A stretch of DNA of 64,000 nucleotides. Origin: a virus. The notes under the pieces are model-generated. The model saw only the letters and a list, made by a program, of their open reading frames with translations, was not told the DNA's origin and did not search any database. Where the stretch lies: positions 1-64,000 of the IMG/VR virus record IMGVR_UViG_3300028197_001049; one strand, given 5' to 3'. Shown one piece after another: positions 1 to 9,699 of this stretch. The position numbers and the translations under genes were made by a program. How positions within the stretch are numbered: position 1 is the first letter of the stretch; the number at the start of each line of letters is the position of its first letter.

Positions 1-492
1 TATTTCTGAGTATCCTTTTAGTTTCTCAATTCCTCGCATTGAGAAGTTGGAGACAGATGCCTGCCTGCTAAAGGATGAGGACTCAGTGAGACCAGAAAAA
101 GAGCACTTGTTAATAACGTAAAAACTAACAGCACGAGATAAATTGGATTGATCATAATCGTTTACTAATTTCTTTGATTCAATGAATAACTCACGAGCAG
201 ATGTCTCATTGGGATATCTGGATTTAACTTCTTGTAGACGAAGATGAAGTTTATCACCTTCATCCTGAAGGACTCTCCAAAAATTATATAATGGTTCATA
301 AAGATCGTTCACCCACACAGGAATGTCTGGGTTCTCTTTAGTGAATGCGATGGCAACACTACCACCACCTAAAAATGTTTCCCGATACTCTTCAATACCA
401 TCAGGGAAACGTGGAATAAGATACTTAGTGGCGCGAGACTTACCACCAGGGTATCTAAGCGGAGTCTTAAGAGACTTCAAAGTTTGGTTCAT
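1..492 (-). CDS. dam: DNA adenine methyltransferase (Dam/D12 class), runs off the left edge
   Basis: Not in the ORF track. Manual translation from ATG at 492 gives MNQTLKSLKTPLRYPGGKSRATKYLIPRFP...YRETFLGGGSVAIAF...VWVNDLYEPLYNFW, the Dam N-terminal (YPGGK) and SAM-binding (FxGGGSV) motifs. Confidence 0.92.
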   Translation of the reverse strand, partial: MNQTLKSLKTPLRYPGGKSRATKYLIPRFPDGIEEYRETFLGGGSVAIAFTKENPDIPVWVNDLYEPLYNFWRVLQDEGDKLHLRLQEVKSRYPNETSARELFIESKKLVNDYDQSNLSRAVSFYVINKCSFSGLTESSSFSRQASVSNFSMRGIEKLKGYSEI

Positions 493-498
493 TTAGAA

Positions 499-1095
499 TT
501 AATCAATGTTTCCTGAAATAGAAATTCTATAATCTTCAGATGTATAGAACGGATAAACAAAATGTGCTAACTTTGAAGGGAAGATAATAAATTTTCCATT
601 ATCTTTTTTATCTAAAAAGAAATTTTCAAGTCTAATGTTACCTGTGATATCAGTATATGCTGCACAAAATGTACTTGCCTGATGTGACTGAGTAGACTTT
701 ACAACTTCCTTTCTATTAGTTTCGTCTTCATAATTGAAAGGTATGTTCAACCATAACACAAAACTATAATTACCAGAATGAATATGGCAAGGGTTTACCT
801 CATACTTTTTTTGAAAGTTTACCCAAGCAGTGTCACAATGCCATTTATGAACTGGACGACCTTCACTCTCACAAATTTTGGTGACACCCTCATAAATTCT
901 AGGAAGAATAATTTTCTTCGCAGTAAAAGTCAGAACAAACTCACTTTCAATATGTCCTGCAAGTTGTTCATTTACAGGAATTTTATGTTCACTATCCCAA
1001 ATTTTATTAACTGCGATAGTAAGATCTTCTTGCTCCTGCTCCGTCAATTTACCATCATAATAATGCTGGTTTGGAAAACTTTTAACTGTATTCAT
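499..1095 (-). CDS. putative 2OG-Fe(II) oxygenase (cyanophage TIGR02466-like)
   Basis: AWVNFQK...NPCHIHSGNYSFVLWL...IIFPSKLAHFVYPF...RISISGNI: HxH...H...RxS jelly-roll signature. Confidence 0.8.
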   Translation of the reverse strand: MNTVKSFPNQHYYDGKLTEQEQEDLTIAVNKIWDSEHKIPVNEQLAGHIESEFVLTFTAKKIILPRIYEGVTKICESEGRPVHKWHCDTAWVNFQKKYEVNPCHIHSGNYSFVLWLNIPFNYEDETNRKEVVKSTQSHQASTFCAAYTDITGNIRLENFFLDKKDNGKFIIFPSKLAHFVYPFYTSEDYRISISGNID

Positions 1096-1101
1096 ATGAC
1101 A

Positions 1102-1392
1102 TCAGAGAATAAGTTTCTTTTTCTCGGGAGTTACCAGAGGTGAGTACATTTGTGTGTATTGATCCACAATCTCCTGTGCTGCTTCAGCAACATAGATCAC
1201 AAACTTATTTGAGATTGTAATTTCCTTTTCCGTTTTACTAAGCATGGGTGACCACGCAACAAAAGAAAGTGTGCCTTGAGACGACGGAACACCTACAATA
1301 CCATTTTGAATGGTTATAGATTCATCAGTCTGATTTACAACTTCAGCGATCACATCTTCACCTGAGGTGAGTCGGATTAATTTAACAAGCAT
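1102..1392 (-). CDS. conserved T4-like phage hypothetical protein, Sm-like beta fold
   Basis: MLVKLIRLTSGEDVIAEV...FVAWSPM...IVDQY pattern; probable start is the second Met (1392). Confidence 0.6.
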   Translation of the reverse strand: MLVKLIRLTSGEDVIAEVVNQTDESITIQNGIVGVPSSQGTLSFVAWSPMLSKTEKEITISNKFVIYVAEAAQEIVDQYTQMYSPLVTPEKKKLIL

Positions 1393-1858
1393 TTTCAAAA
1401 AGTAGTTTTAAAGGATTTAATAATGTTTTCTTGGTCTGAGGAGATTCCAACTCTGTATAGTATCTCCCATAAACATGAGTAAAAGGAATCAGATCTGGAC
1501 GATACTTATGATCAATCATACAGAGTAGATCCTGATGATATTTAGTGTGGCAGTTAGGACATAACATAACACATTTATCCATTTCCTCTTCAATACGTGT
1601 TTGTTTATCTCGCGTCACCATTTGTGATATGGCAACCTTATTGGCATCAGTATCATCAATATGATGCCATTCATAAAGTTCCAAAGAGTCTACTAAACCA
1701 CAAAATTCACAACTACATCGTTTCTGCATTTCACTGCGAACAAAATCTCTATTACTATCTGTCCTATGCCTGTCGTATTTTCTACGACGCATTTGTTTTG
1801 GTGAAAGATTATCATCGGGGACACGTTCTGCTCTACGCTGATAGGACTTAAAACTCAT
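1382..1858 (-). CDS. free-standing HNH endonuclease
   Basis: CEFCG...EWHHID...CVMLCPNCHTKYH (Zn-finger plus HNH); start overlaps the g44 stop. Confidence 0.8.
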   Translation of the reverse strand: MSFKSYQRRAERVPDDNLSPKQMRRRKYDRHRTDSNRDFVRSEMQKRCSCEFCGLVDSLELYEWHHIDDTDANKVAISQMVTRDKQTRIEEEMDKCVMLCPNCHTKYHQDLLCMIDHKYRPDLIPFTHVYGRYYTELESPQTKKTLLNPLKLLFENAC

Positions 1859-2796
1859 TTAAATTGACACTCCATCATAATTTCAGTTAGACATGCCAGA
1901 AGATTAATCTCCTGATCAGCAGCAAACGCTGCTTGATACTGATACTTAGCAATCACTAAGACTGCCATAGGAATAGTAGAAGGAACTAGAACATCATACA
2001 TTGCTTCGTAGATACGATGACTAACCATATTAAAATCGTTATCCAAATTAGCAACTACCCACTTACGAACAGTTGGAAACTCTTTTGCTTTCAGAGCATT
2101 TGTAAGACCTTTAAGATTAAAGTCAGTAATCTCAGCAAGGATACCGGTATCAATACTACCAGTATTACCATACTTCTGAAGTTGATTAAGAACACGACGC
2201 CAATCAGGGAAGTGACTTTGAATTAATTCGGCAACAACTTTAGGATCGTATTTAACATTTTCACCCTCAAGTATAGTCCTGACACGGTTGAAGAATTGCC
2301 CCGCAACAGCTGCCTTTTCTTTTCCTTTGTAGGTAAAGTCAATGACTGAACATCTTGATTGGATGGGGTCAATGATTTTGTTTTTGTAGTTGCAGGTGAA
2401 GATGAATCGGCAGTTGCTATGATACGCCTCAATAGAACTCCGTAAGAGGAGTTGTACATCGTTCCCTGTGTTATCTGCTTCATCAATAATGATGACCTTG
2501 TGCTTACTTCCTTGAAGTGATACGGTCGTTGCAAAAGTTTTTGCTTGGTTCCGTACCGTATCCAGAAAGCGTCCTTCGTCAGATCCATTAATTATAATAT
2601 AAGATAGTCCAAGTTCGGCACAGAGTGCCTTTGCTGCTGTAGTTTTACCAACACCAGGAGGACCAGTGAGAAGAAGGTTATTCAACTCACCAGCAGCAAC
2701 CTGTTGTTTAAGATCGCGTTTGATGTTGTCAGGTAGAATACACTCGTCAATTGTTTGAGGACGATACTTCTCAACCCAAAGATACTGATCGTTCAT
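1855..2796 (-). CDS. g44: clamp loader AAA+ subunit gp44
   Basis: LWVEKYRP, Walker A GPPGVGKT, Walker B IIIDEAD, PIQSRC, FPDWRR. Confidence 0.97.
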   Translation of the reverse strand: MNDQYLWVEKYRPQTIDECILPDNIKRDLKQQVAAGELNNLLLTGPPGVGKTTAAKALCAELGLSYIIINGSDEGRFLDTVRNQAKTFATTVSLQGSKHKVIIIDEADNTGNDVQLLLRSSIEAYHSNCRFIFTCNYKNKIIDPIQSRCSVIDFTYKGKEKAAVAGQFFNRVRTILEGENVKYDPKVVAELIQSHFPDWRRVLNQLQKYGNTGSIDTGILAEITDFNLKGLTNALKAKEFPTVRKWVVANLDNDFNMVSHRIYEAMYDVLVPSTIPMAVLVIAKYQYQAAFAADQEINLLACLTEIMMECQFK

Positions 2797-2810
2797 AATA
2801 TAAAAAAGTT

Positions 2811-3476
2811 TTAGTTAGTGTCAGGTTCAAGTGCAATCCAATAAGTAACAGAGATGCCCTTATTAACCCAACGACTGATGTAACGCTTAGACATTGTAAC
2901 ATCATAATCACCGTTCAGGATCTTGATGTTTTCAACCTTCATATTGAGAACAAATTCATCAGAGGTTGTGCCCACACTAATAGAGAAAGTATTGGAAGTG
3001 ACATTCTCTTTATCACGAACTACAATACTAATCTCATTGCCATCACCAATCACAGAAAAATCTGGAAGTTGATAGACAGCAGCAGCACGAGTCAGACTCT
3101 GTAGGTCTTGTTCAGTCAATGTGAAATGGACATCCTCAGAAGGAATTACAATTTCTTTATCAGGTGCTTGTTTGATGACGTGTGAGTCAGCAAAAAAATA
3201 TTTGATAGCGGAACGATTAGTTTTAATCTTCACATAATGATCACTACCAAACTCCATGTCGGCACCACGCATCAGCGACATGCCACCAAGGAACTCATTG
3301 AGATCATAGATGGAAAAATTTTGAGGAAAAGATTCCTCAACCCTTGCTTCTGCAAGAATATTTTCTGCAATAGAGATAGTACGAAGAGTATTACCAGATT
3401 TAACAGAGATGGATTGGTTAATACCAGAAAAATTTTTGAGAACTTTAAAAGTATTTTCAGACAGTTTCATGGTCAT
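2811..3476 (-). CDS. g45: sliding clamp gp45
   Basis: MKLSENTFKVLKNFSGINQSI...IYDLNEFL...YWIALE; adjacent to g44. Confidence 0.96.
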   Translation of the reverse strand: MTMKLSENTFKVLKNFSGINQSISVKSGNTLRTISIAENILAEARVEESFPQNFSIYDLNEFLGGMSLMRGADMEFGSDHYVKIKTNRSAIKYFFADSHVIKQAPDKEIVIPSEDVHFTLTEQDLQSLTRAAAVYQLPDFSVIGDGNEISIVVRDKENVTSNTFSISVGTTSDEFVLNMKVENIKILNGDYDVTMSKRYISRWVNKGISVTYWIALEPDTN

Positions 3477-3757
3477 CGGTTAGGGTATTCTTCAGTAATG
3501 TTGGTTTTGTCAGAGAAGTGGAGCAGCAGCAATGCGTAGTGAAGGATCTTAATGATATCACGACGGGCAGTGCCCTTACGATCATAGCGTGAAGCATACT
3601 TTAGGATGTTGCTGCGGCAGAATGCCTCAGCGTCTCCACATGATTCAATAAGATCTAACGTTTGAATACTGTCGTTACCAGCAGAATAATGTTGTCCATA
3701 GGTTCCTGAGATATAATCGCGCAACTCTTTGAGAAGCGCATCTTCATTGTATTTCAT
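3473..3757 (-). CDS. DUF3310-like conserved phage protein
   Basis: TYGQHY...QTLDLIE...FCRSNILKYASRYDRKG...DIIKILHY resembles the DUF3310 NxxKYxxR motif. Confidence 0.65.
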   Translation of the reverse strand: MKYNEDALLKELRDYISGTYGQHYSAGNDSIQTLDLIESCGDAEAFCRSNILKYASRYDRKGTARRDIIKILHYALLLLHFSDKTNITEEYPNR

Positions 3758-3759
3758 AA

Positions 3760-5487
3760 TTAATCTCCATTAGTCATTTCCTCCATTTTACTAAAATTTT
3801 TCACTTTGTCAAATTTGAGAACACGGTCAAATTTCTCAACCATATGCTCTCGGTGCGAGATAATAAACAGATTAAGATCCTTAGTAAAGTTCCTCAAGAT
3901 ATATGATAACTCATCAGTGCCACTGCTGTCAAGTGAACTGTCAAAGATCTCATCAAGGATGAGGAGGTTGGTGTCTACGCTGTTCTTGAGTTTGGCAACT
4001 GACCTCCATGTTAGCATAAGAGCGATGTCAATGCGAGACTTCTCTCCCTCCGAGAACGATGCGTAACTAAAGTCGTCTCTATAACGAGACTTGATAGTCT
4101 CTTCAAAACTCTCACTGAGTGTGAAGTTCACAAAGAAATCCATCTGCTGTAGGTACTGGTTGATGAGTTTGTTCATCACCGGCAGGTATCGTTTGATGAT
4201 CCTGGTCTTGATACCCGTGTCCTTCAGCAGGTTAGCAGCAACACTGTAGTAATCTTTGTTCTCCTTATGTACGAACAAGACTTGCTCATACTCTACTTTC
4301 TGCTCTTGCAGTTCTCTCAACTGGTCCTGTTCTTTACTAGAATTATTCTTACTATCATTAATAGATTTAATCTCACTTTCAAGGTCTCTGATCTGACGAT
4401 TGATATGATTTATAATTCCATTATTTTTATCAATGATTGAATATTTACTTTGAATATCATTTGATACATTTGTAAAGTTAGAGATTTGATCCCTAACATC
4501 AATGATTTGTTCGTCAAGAACACTCCACGCTTTTTCCGTTTCAGAAATAGATTTTTTATTTTTATCTATCTTCTTTTCTTTAAATTCTCCATCTAAATTT
4601 TGTTTGCATGTTGGACAAACATCATTGTTGTTGTAGAATAAAAGTTCTTTATTTAAATTAGATAATTTTGTTTTGAATTTAACTTTAAACTCTTTTAAGT
4701 TATCATACTTCTTAGTTAGTTTATCACCATCAACCAAGTCGCTCATTCTACCTTTAATATAATTTTCTTGGAATATATTTTCCTCCCCAATTTCTTCACT
4801 TTGATTAATAAAGGTAGAAATTTTATCTTTCTTATTAGAGACTAACTTATCACTTTGCGTCTCAAGTTGTTTGATAAGATCTTCTTGTGACTCAATACGA
4901 TGTTTTACTATATCAAAATCTTTATCCGTGAAGCGAATAGCATCGTTTAATTGCTTCATGCGATCTTTAAGATTAGTATTCATTGTAGAGAATACCTGGA
5001 TATCCAGGAGATCTTCAATGATATCGCGACGGGATGCCAATGGCAACTGCATAAATGGAACAAATGTAGAAGATCCCAGAACAACAATCTGTGTAAATGA
5101 CTTATAGTTTAATTTGAGGATTGTTTGTTCTAGGAACTTCTGTTGATCTGCTGCAGCAGCATCTTGATTTAGCATTTCATCATTGACATAAACCTCAAAA
5201 AGATTAGGTTTCATGCCACGGATAATTTTATAAGATTTCTTAGCAATTGAAAACTCAACTTCAACACAACAATCTTTACCATTGATAGTGTTTACAAGTT
5301 GAGGTTTATTAATCTTACGGAATGGTTTGTTAAACAATACAAAGGTAAGAGCGTCTAACACAGTGCTTTTACCGGCACCATTACTACCAATAATTACATT
5401 GCTGCCATGTGTATTGAGTTTTATTTCCGTGAAGTTATTACCGCTAGATAAGAAATTTTTATAACGAATGGTTTCAAAGATAATCAT
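3760..5487 (-). CDS. g46: recombination endonuclease ATPase subunit gp46 (Rad50/SbcC-like)
   Basis: YKNFLSSGN, GSNGAGKST, zinc hook CPTCKQ, FSEGEK, LILDEIFD, coiled coils. Confidence 0.97.
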   Translation of the reverse strand: MIIFETIRYKNFLSSGNNFTEIKLNTHGSNVIIGSNGAGKSTVLDALTFVLFNKPFRKINKPQLVNTINGKDCCVEVEFSIAKKSYKIIRGMKPNLFEVYVNDEMLNQDAAAADQQKFLEQTILKLNYKSFTQIVVLGSSTFVPFMQLPLASRRDIIEDLLDIQVFSTMNTNLKDRMKQLNDAIRFTDKDFDIVKHRIESQEDLIKQLETQSDKLVSNKKDKISTFINQSEEIGEENIFQENYIKGRMSDLVDGDKLTKKYDNLKEFKVKFKTKLSNLNKELLFYNNNDVCPTCKQNLDGEFKEKKIDKNKKSISETEKAWSVLDEQIIDVRDQISNFTNVSNDIQSKYSIIDKNNGIINHINRQIRDLESEIKSINDSKNNSSKEQDQLRELQEQKVEYEQVLFVHKENKDYYSVAANLLKDTGIKTRIIKRYLPVMNKLINQYLQQMDFFVNFTLSESFEETIKSRYRDDFSYASFSEGEKSRIDIALMLTWRSVAKLKNSVDTNLLILDEIFDSSLDSSGTDELSYILRNFTKDLNLFIISHREHMVEKFDRVLKFDKVKNFSKMEEMTNGD

Positions 5488-5753
5488 ATGTAATCATGAT
5501 GTGACGGTGGGATTATAAGTTCGTTAGGAGAAACTACTGTATAATTATACTTTGATTTCTCACACATTTCAATCATTGTTGATGAATCAACCTCAACTAT
5601 AGACATAGAAGGGAAATCATCTGCCTCAAGGAGTCCTCTAAATCTTTCAGCATCCTCCGGTTCGTCAAATAATAATAAGACTCTTTGACCTTTTTTATCT
5701 TCAAGAGCATATGCTCCTTCGTTTTCTTTGCCTTCTAAGCATAGTATGTACAT
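5484..5753 (-). CDS. DUF3110-like protein of cyanobacteria/cyanophages
   Basis: EGAYAL...VLLLFDEPEDAERFRGLLEADDFP...LIIPP pattern; lies between g47 and g46. Confidence 0.6.
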   Translation of the reverse strand: MYILCLEGKENEGAYALEDKKGQRVLLLFDEPEDAERFRGLLEADDFPSMSIVEVDSSTMIEMCEKSKYNYTVVSPNELIIPPSHHDYI

Positions 5754-6799
5754 TATACCACCTCTAGTGCCTCCACGTAAAGAGACTTCATAATCTCTTT
5801 CAATTTACCGCTATCCAAATTCGTATTAAGTTCTTCAATATATTTTTCTAAAATAGTTAAGGTATCTTCATGTTCTAAATCCACGTCAACATCATCATCA
5901 ACTTCTGTAGAAAAGTCTTCAATAATCTTAAGATCTAATGTAACATCCTGCAAAGAATTGATAAGATAATCAAACGCAGTGTAATCTGTTTTATTTTCTA
6001 CAACAACTTTTACTACAGTATCTTTATACTTTTCAACATCTAAGTCATAATATTCATTTTTAGTATCATCATAAAATATTTTATGAAACATTTCGTAAGG
6101 ATTTTTAATATGCTGTAACTTTAAAGTTTCAGTATCAAAAATATTAAATCCACGTTCATCAGCATAATCATTCCAGTACATCTGATAGGGATTACCAATA
6201 TATTGGAAGTTTCCTTTCTTACTCCTCGTATGATAATGACCTGACATTACCATCTCAAACTTAGAAAACTCAGAAATCTGTCTACCATGATTAGCAACAT
6301 AGGTAGGATTAGTTTTAAATCCTTCCATCTCCAGGTGCCCTAATATAACTTGAGAATCAGTTTCCTGCAGAAGGTTTACTGTTTGGTTTTCGTTTTGTTC
6401 ACAAATCCAAGGAAGATAGATTAATTTACGACCACCAACAGTAACTTCTGAAGGTTCAGTATAGACACGAAGATTACTATACTCTTGCAATAAACACTCA
6501 AGAGAATTAATTTCCAGAGTGTTTTTATAAAATGAATCGTGATTACCAACCATCATATCAACGGTAACACCTATATCCTGTAAAGGATTAAAGATATTTT
6601 TTCGTGCCCAATCAAGACTCCAAAAATCAATATTACGACGAATATCAAACACATCACCCAAGTGGATAACATGCTTGATTTTTTTCTTCTTAAGAGTTGG
6701 GAAGAAGATATCGTTATAGAACTTCAAGAAATAATCGTGGTAGTCCTGATTGCCTTTCTTAAAACCATAATGTGTATCAGTAATCAGGGCGACTTTCAT
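5753..6799 (-). CDS. g47: recombination endonuclease nuclease subunit gp47 (Mre11/SbcD-like)
   Basis: DTHYG, HLGDVFD, GNHD, GHLE, SGHYH metallophosphoesterase motifs. Confidence 0.97.
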   Translation of the reverse strand: MKVALITDTHYGFKKGNQDYHDYFLKFYNDIFFPTLKKKKIKHVIHLGDVFDIRRNIDFWSLDWARKNIFNPLQDIGVTVDMMVGNHDSFYKNTLEINSLECLLQEYSNLRVYTEPSEVTVGGRKLIYLPWICEQNENQTVNLLQETDSQVILGHLEMEGFKTNPTYVANHGRQISEFSKFEMVMSGHYHTRSKKGNFQYIGNPYQMYWNDYADERGFNIFDTETLKLQHIKNPYEMFHKIFYDDTKNEYYDLDVEKYKDTVVKVVVENKTDYTAFDYLINSLQDVTLDLKIIEDFSTEVDDDVDVDLEHEDTLTILEKYIEELNTNLDSGKLKEIMKSLYVEALEVV

Positions 6800-7272
6800 T
6801 TTCTATTTTTTTGTTCTATGTTTTGTTTGATACTATTATATTCGGAAGCGGAGAAGTTTAGATCATTCTTATCAGCATAGAGGACTTCATCGTATCCAGA
6901 ACGCTCAAGAATTTTGCTTTTAATTTCTAGTTGCTTCTTTTCTTTTTGGATTCTTCTCAAGAATGCGTAGTAAATAATCTGAGTAAAATATGCAAATGGA
7001 TTGCCACGATCAGGATCAAAGTTATCAATGTACTGAACGCAGTTCTCAATACCATCACTAATCATATCCTCACGAAAAGGATAGTTTATGAAGTTAGGAC
7101 GGTAGGACAAGTGAGTAGCAATCTTAAGGAAACACTCTCCAATATAATTAGGAATCCTAGGGCGTTGTGTTTCCTCTGCCAAGGCATCCTGTACTTTGTG
7201 CTTATAGGCAGACAGTGCTGCTAAGAACTCTTTATTATCTACATAATGTTCAGGTTTCTTTTTGAGTCTCAT
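6796..7272 (-). CDS. g55: late-transcription sigma factor gp55
   Basis: HYVDNKEF...IGECFLKIA...RPNFINY...DMISDGIENC...NPFAYFTQIIYYAFLRRIQKEKKQ. Confidence 0.96.
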   Translation of the reverse strand: MRLKKKPEHYVDNKEFLAALSAYKHKVQDALAEETQRPRIPNYIGECFLKIATHLSYRPNFINYPFREDMISDGIENCVQYIDNFDPDRGNPFAYFTQIIYYAFLRRIQKEKKQLEIKSKILERSGYDEVLYADKNDLNFSASEYNSIKQNIEQKNRK

Positions 7273-7306
7273 TTTGGTTCATCTTCCTAGGATAATTCGT
7301 ACTTAT

Positions 7307-7334
7307 ATTATACCATAGTTTTAGAGCTTGACAA
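7307..7334 (-). promoter_or_regulatory. sigma70-type promoter for g55-g47-g46
   Basis: Minus strand TTGTCA-N16-TATAAT with extended -10 (TGG TATAAT). Confidence 0.7.
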
Positions 7335-7356
7335 CATGGGGTTCCATGTGTAGAAT
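7328..7356 (+). promoter_or_regulatory. sigma70-type promoter pointing antisense into orf7389/uvsW
   Basis: TTGACA-N17-TAGAAT; spacer holds the inverted repeat ACATGG-GGTT-CCATGT. Confidence 0.6.
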
Positions 7357-7388
7357 AACTCTGTAAGGGTTCAAGAGAGAGAGTAGCT

Positions 7389-7802
7389 TTAATACTTCTT
7401 GAATAGATCTTCAAATAATATTCTAGCATGTTCTGTTGACGCCCGGTATCCGTTATATTTTTTTCCCCGAGATCTTCTTATTTGTCTTTCAAGATGTTCT
7501 TCCTCAGAACTATTAATTTTTTTAACTGCTCTTTTATAATGAGTAAGTCCGGGTTCTATAAGTTCGTTGATTGTTACTATCTGTGAGTCTTTAATGAAAA
7601 AGAAGTTGTCTGTTGTTGATTTAATCCATTTTGATAATCTTAAACCTGATGATCCTGAGTCTTCAATAATGTCTTCTAGTATACTCATATCTTCTAACAC
7701 CAATGGATTGCTGACTATTAGACCTTCATCATGAATTTCAACAAGAGCGACAATTTCTTCTCCAGTCATCAACTTAATTGATGCGAAGAATTTATCATTC
7801 AT
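7389..7802 (-). CDS. conserved hypothetical protein (Sm-like N-terminus) between uvsW and g55
   Basis: FFASIKLMTGEEIVALV...NPL...LSKWIK...LEDLFKKY; position typical of T4-like cyanophages. Confidence 0.65.
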   Translation of the reverse strand: MNDKFFASIKLMTGEEIVALVEIHDEGLIVSNPLVLEDMSILEDIIEDSGSSGLRLSKWIKSTTDNFFFIKDSQIVTINELIEPGLTHYKRAVKKINSSEEEHLERQIRRSRGKKYNGYRASTEHARILFEDLFKKY

Positions 7803-9271
7803 TTTTTAATGTTTACTGGGATAATTTCATAATTAAATTGTTCTTCATTATAAATTTTGATTCTTTCTTTAAGGTGATTGAGAGTATAGTTAATGTAACT
7901 GCCTTTAGAAAAATCATCAGCGATATCATAAAGAACTGCTTGTGCTTTATTATCTCCTTTGCGAAGAACTCTTCCAATAGATTGAAGGTTCCTAATCCTT
8001 GATTTACTGGGAGAAGCAAAGATAATATTATGGAGATTTTTAATGTTGATACCTGTGGAAAAGGTTCCGTAGGAAGCAATGATAACGCAGTTATCATTTA
8101 CCTCTGCTAACTTTCTAATTTTTTCTCTTTCTGATCCTTCCACTCCACCATGGACGAAAAATACCTTATTAGTATCACCGATACTATTATTTATCATTTC
8201 AAAAAGTGGTTCCCCGTGTTTCTCTACATAATTAAAAAGGACTAATGTGTTGCCAGTTAGATCACGAATAAGATTTTTTATGAATACATTACGCTTATCA
8301 TGCGTTACAATGTATTCCATTTCATCTTGGTATGTCGCGAACTTACACGATTCATGTTTAAGTGCAAGAATTTTAATCTTGAGTTGTGCTAACTGATCAC
8401 GCTTCATAAGATCAGCAGTACTAGTAACCCGATCAGATAATCCAAACAGACCTTCCAAAACCAGACGGTGAGTTTTCGTTCCGTCCAGTGTACCTGTGAA
8501 TCCGATACGATATTTTGCTTCATGGAGTTTTGTCATAATACTTGTCAAAGACTTTGCCTTAAACGTATGGCACTCGTCTCCGATCACAGCAGTATATGAA
8601 TCAAAATACTTTTTGGGTAGTTTGTAGATAGACTGCCATGTTGTGATGACTACTGGAGCGTCAGATACTTTTGCTTCTCCCTGATATACTTTATGACAAT
8701 ACTCCTCTGGGTTCCATCCATAATCTTCAAAGTCATTGAATAATTGTGTTACCAGTGAAATGCTTGGAACAATAATTAATGTCTTGAGATTAGCAGCAGT
8801 AAAATATCTAACCAAAGAATATATCATGAAAGATTTGCCTGACCCTGTAGGAGAAAGAATAATTTTTCTGTACATTTTTAATGCTTTAAATACAGCATTA
8901 TATTGATAGTCTCTGGGTTTAATCTCTGTACCTTCAGTAAGGTAATCCAAATATTCTTTTACAGTCTCTGGCAAAATATACGGATCTCTTTCTGTAACCT
9001 TACCGTAATATTCATTATTTTCATATGAATAAGTATATCTTCGTTCCTCTGCCCACTCTATCAAATAATGTAATAACCCAATATAAAGTTGACCATTGCC
9101 AGGAGAGAACAATCTAATTTTACCGTCCCAATATTTTTTCTTATACTGGGGCATAAACTTTGCATCGGGTACTTCAAATGTAAAGTACTCTGATAACTCC
9201 ATGCTTATGTGTGCTTCACATTCAAGTTCTAAGTATACTTCGTTTCTTTTCCTGATAACAATGTCAGACAT
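7799..9271 (-). CDS. uvsW: RNA-DNA/DNA helicase UvsW (SF2)
   Basis: PRDYQ, SPTGSGKS, GDECH, GFTGT, STGINIKNLH, LQSIGRVLR. Confidence 0.97.
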   Translation of the reverse strand: MSDIVIRKRNEVYLELECEAHISMELSEYFTFEVPDAKFMPQYKKKYWDGKIRLFSPGNGQLYIGLLHYLIEWAEERRYTYSYENNEYYGKVTERDPYILPETVKEYLDYLTEGTEIKPRDYQYNAVFKALKMYRKIILSPTGSGKSFMIYSLVRYFTAANLKTLIIVPSISLVTQLFNDFEDYGWNPEEYCHKVYQGEAKVSDAPVVITTWQSIYKLPKKYFDSYTAVIGDECHTFKAKSLTSIMTKLHEAKYRIGFTGTLDGTKTHRLVLEGLFGLSDRVTSTADLMKRDQLAQLKIKILALKHESCKFATYQDEMEYIVTHDKRNVFIKNLIRDLTGNTLVLFNYVEKHGEPLFEMINNSIGDTNKVFFVHGGVEGSEREKIRKLAEVNDNCVIIASYGTFSTGINIKNLHNIIFASPSKSRIRNLQSIGRVLRKGDNKAQAVLYDIADDFSKGSYINYTLNHLKERIKIYNEEQFNYEIIPVNIKK

Positions 9272-9699
9272 TACCTAATTCCTTCAATAAATGATTTCCA
9301 CTCAATAGCATTTTTTATTTGAAAGGACCGATTATTAATCATCCTGATTACACTCTCAAGGTATTCAATGATGATGTCGTACATATCAATTTTCATCTGC
9401 AAGTCTTTGACTTGAGAATCAGATTCAATGTACATTGGTAGATCTGACTTGAGTACTTTCAGATCAAACGGTTCTTCTTTGTAATCTTCCTCAGATCCTC
9501 TTCCCGCATAGTATTCAAACTTGCGTCTGTTAAGTTGTTTGAGGTCCAGTACTGATAATTTCTTTTTGAATTTGTAGTCTGAAAAAAAATTTAAATATTT
9601 TGCATGTAATGTGGGAATACTAAGTGCAGCGGTATCAAGTTCAACAGGATCAATTTTTGAATCCTGTTCCCACATCGCCTGAATTTCTTCAAAGGTCAT
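9271..9699 (-). CDS. uvsY: recombination mediator UvsY
   Basis: WEQDSKID...IPTLHAKY...NRSFQIKNAIEW; g3-uvsY-uvsW synteny. Confidence 0.92.
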   Translation of the reverse strand: MTFEEIQAMWEQDSKIDPVELDTAALSIPTLHAKYLNFFSDYKFKKKLSVLDLKQLNRRKFEYYAGRGSEEDYKEEPFDLKVLKSDLPMYIESDSQVKDLQMKIDMYDIIIEYLESVIRMINNRSFQIKNAIEWKSFIEGIR

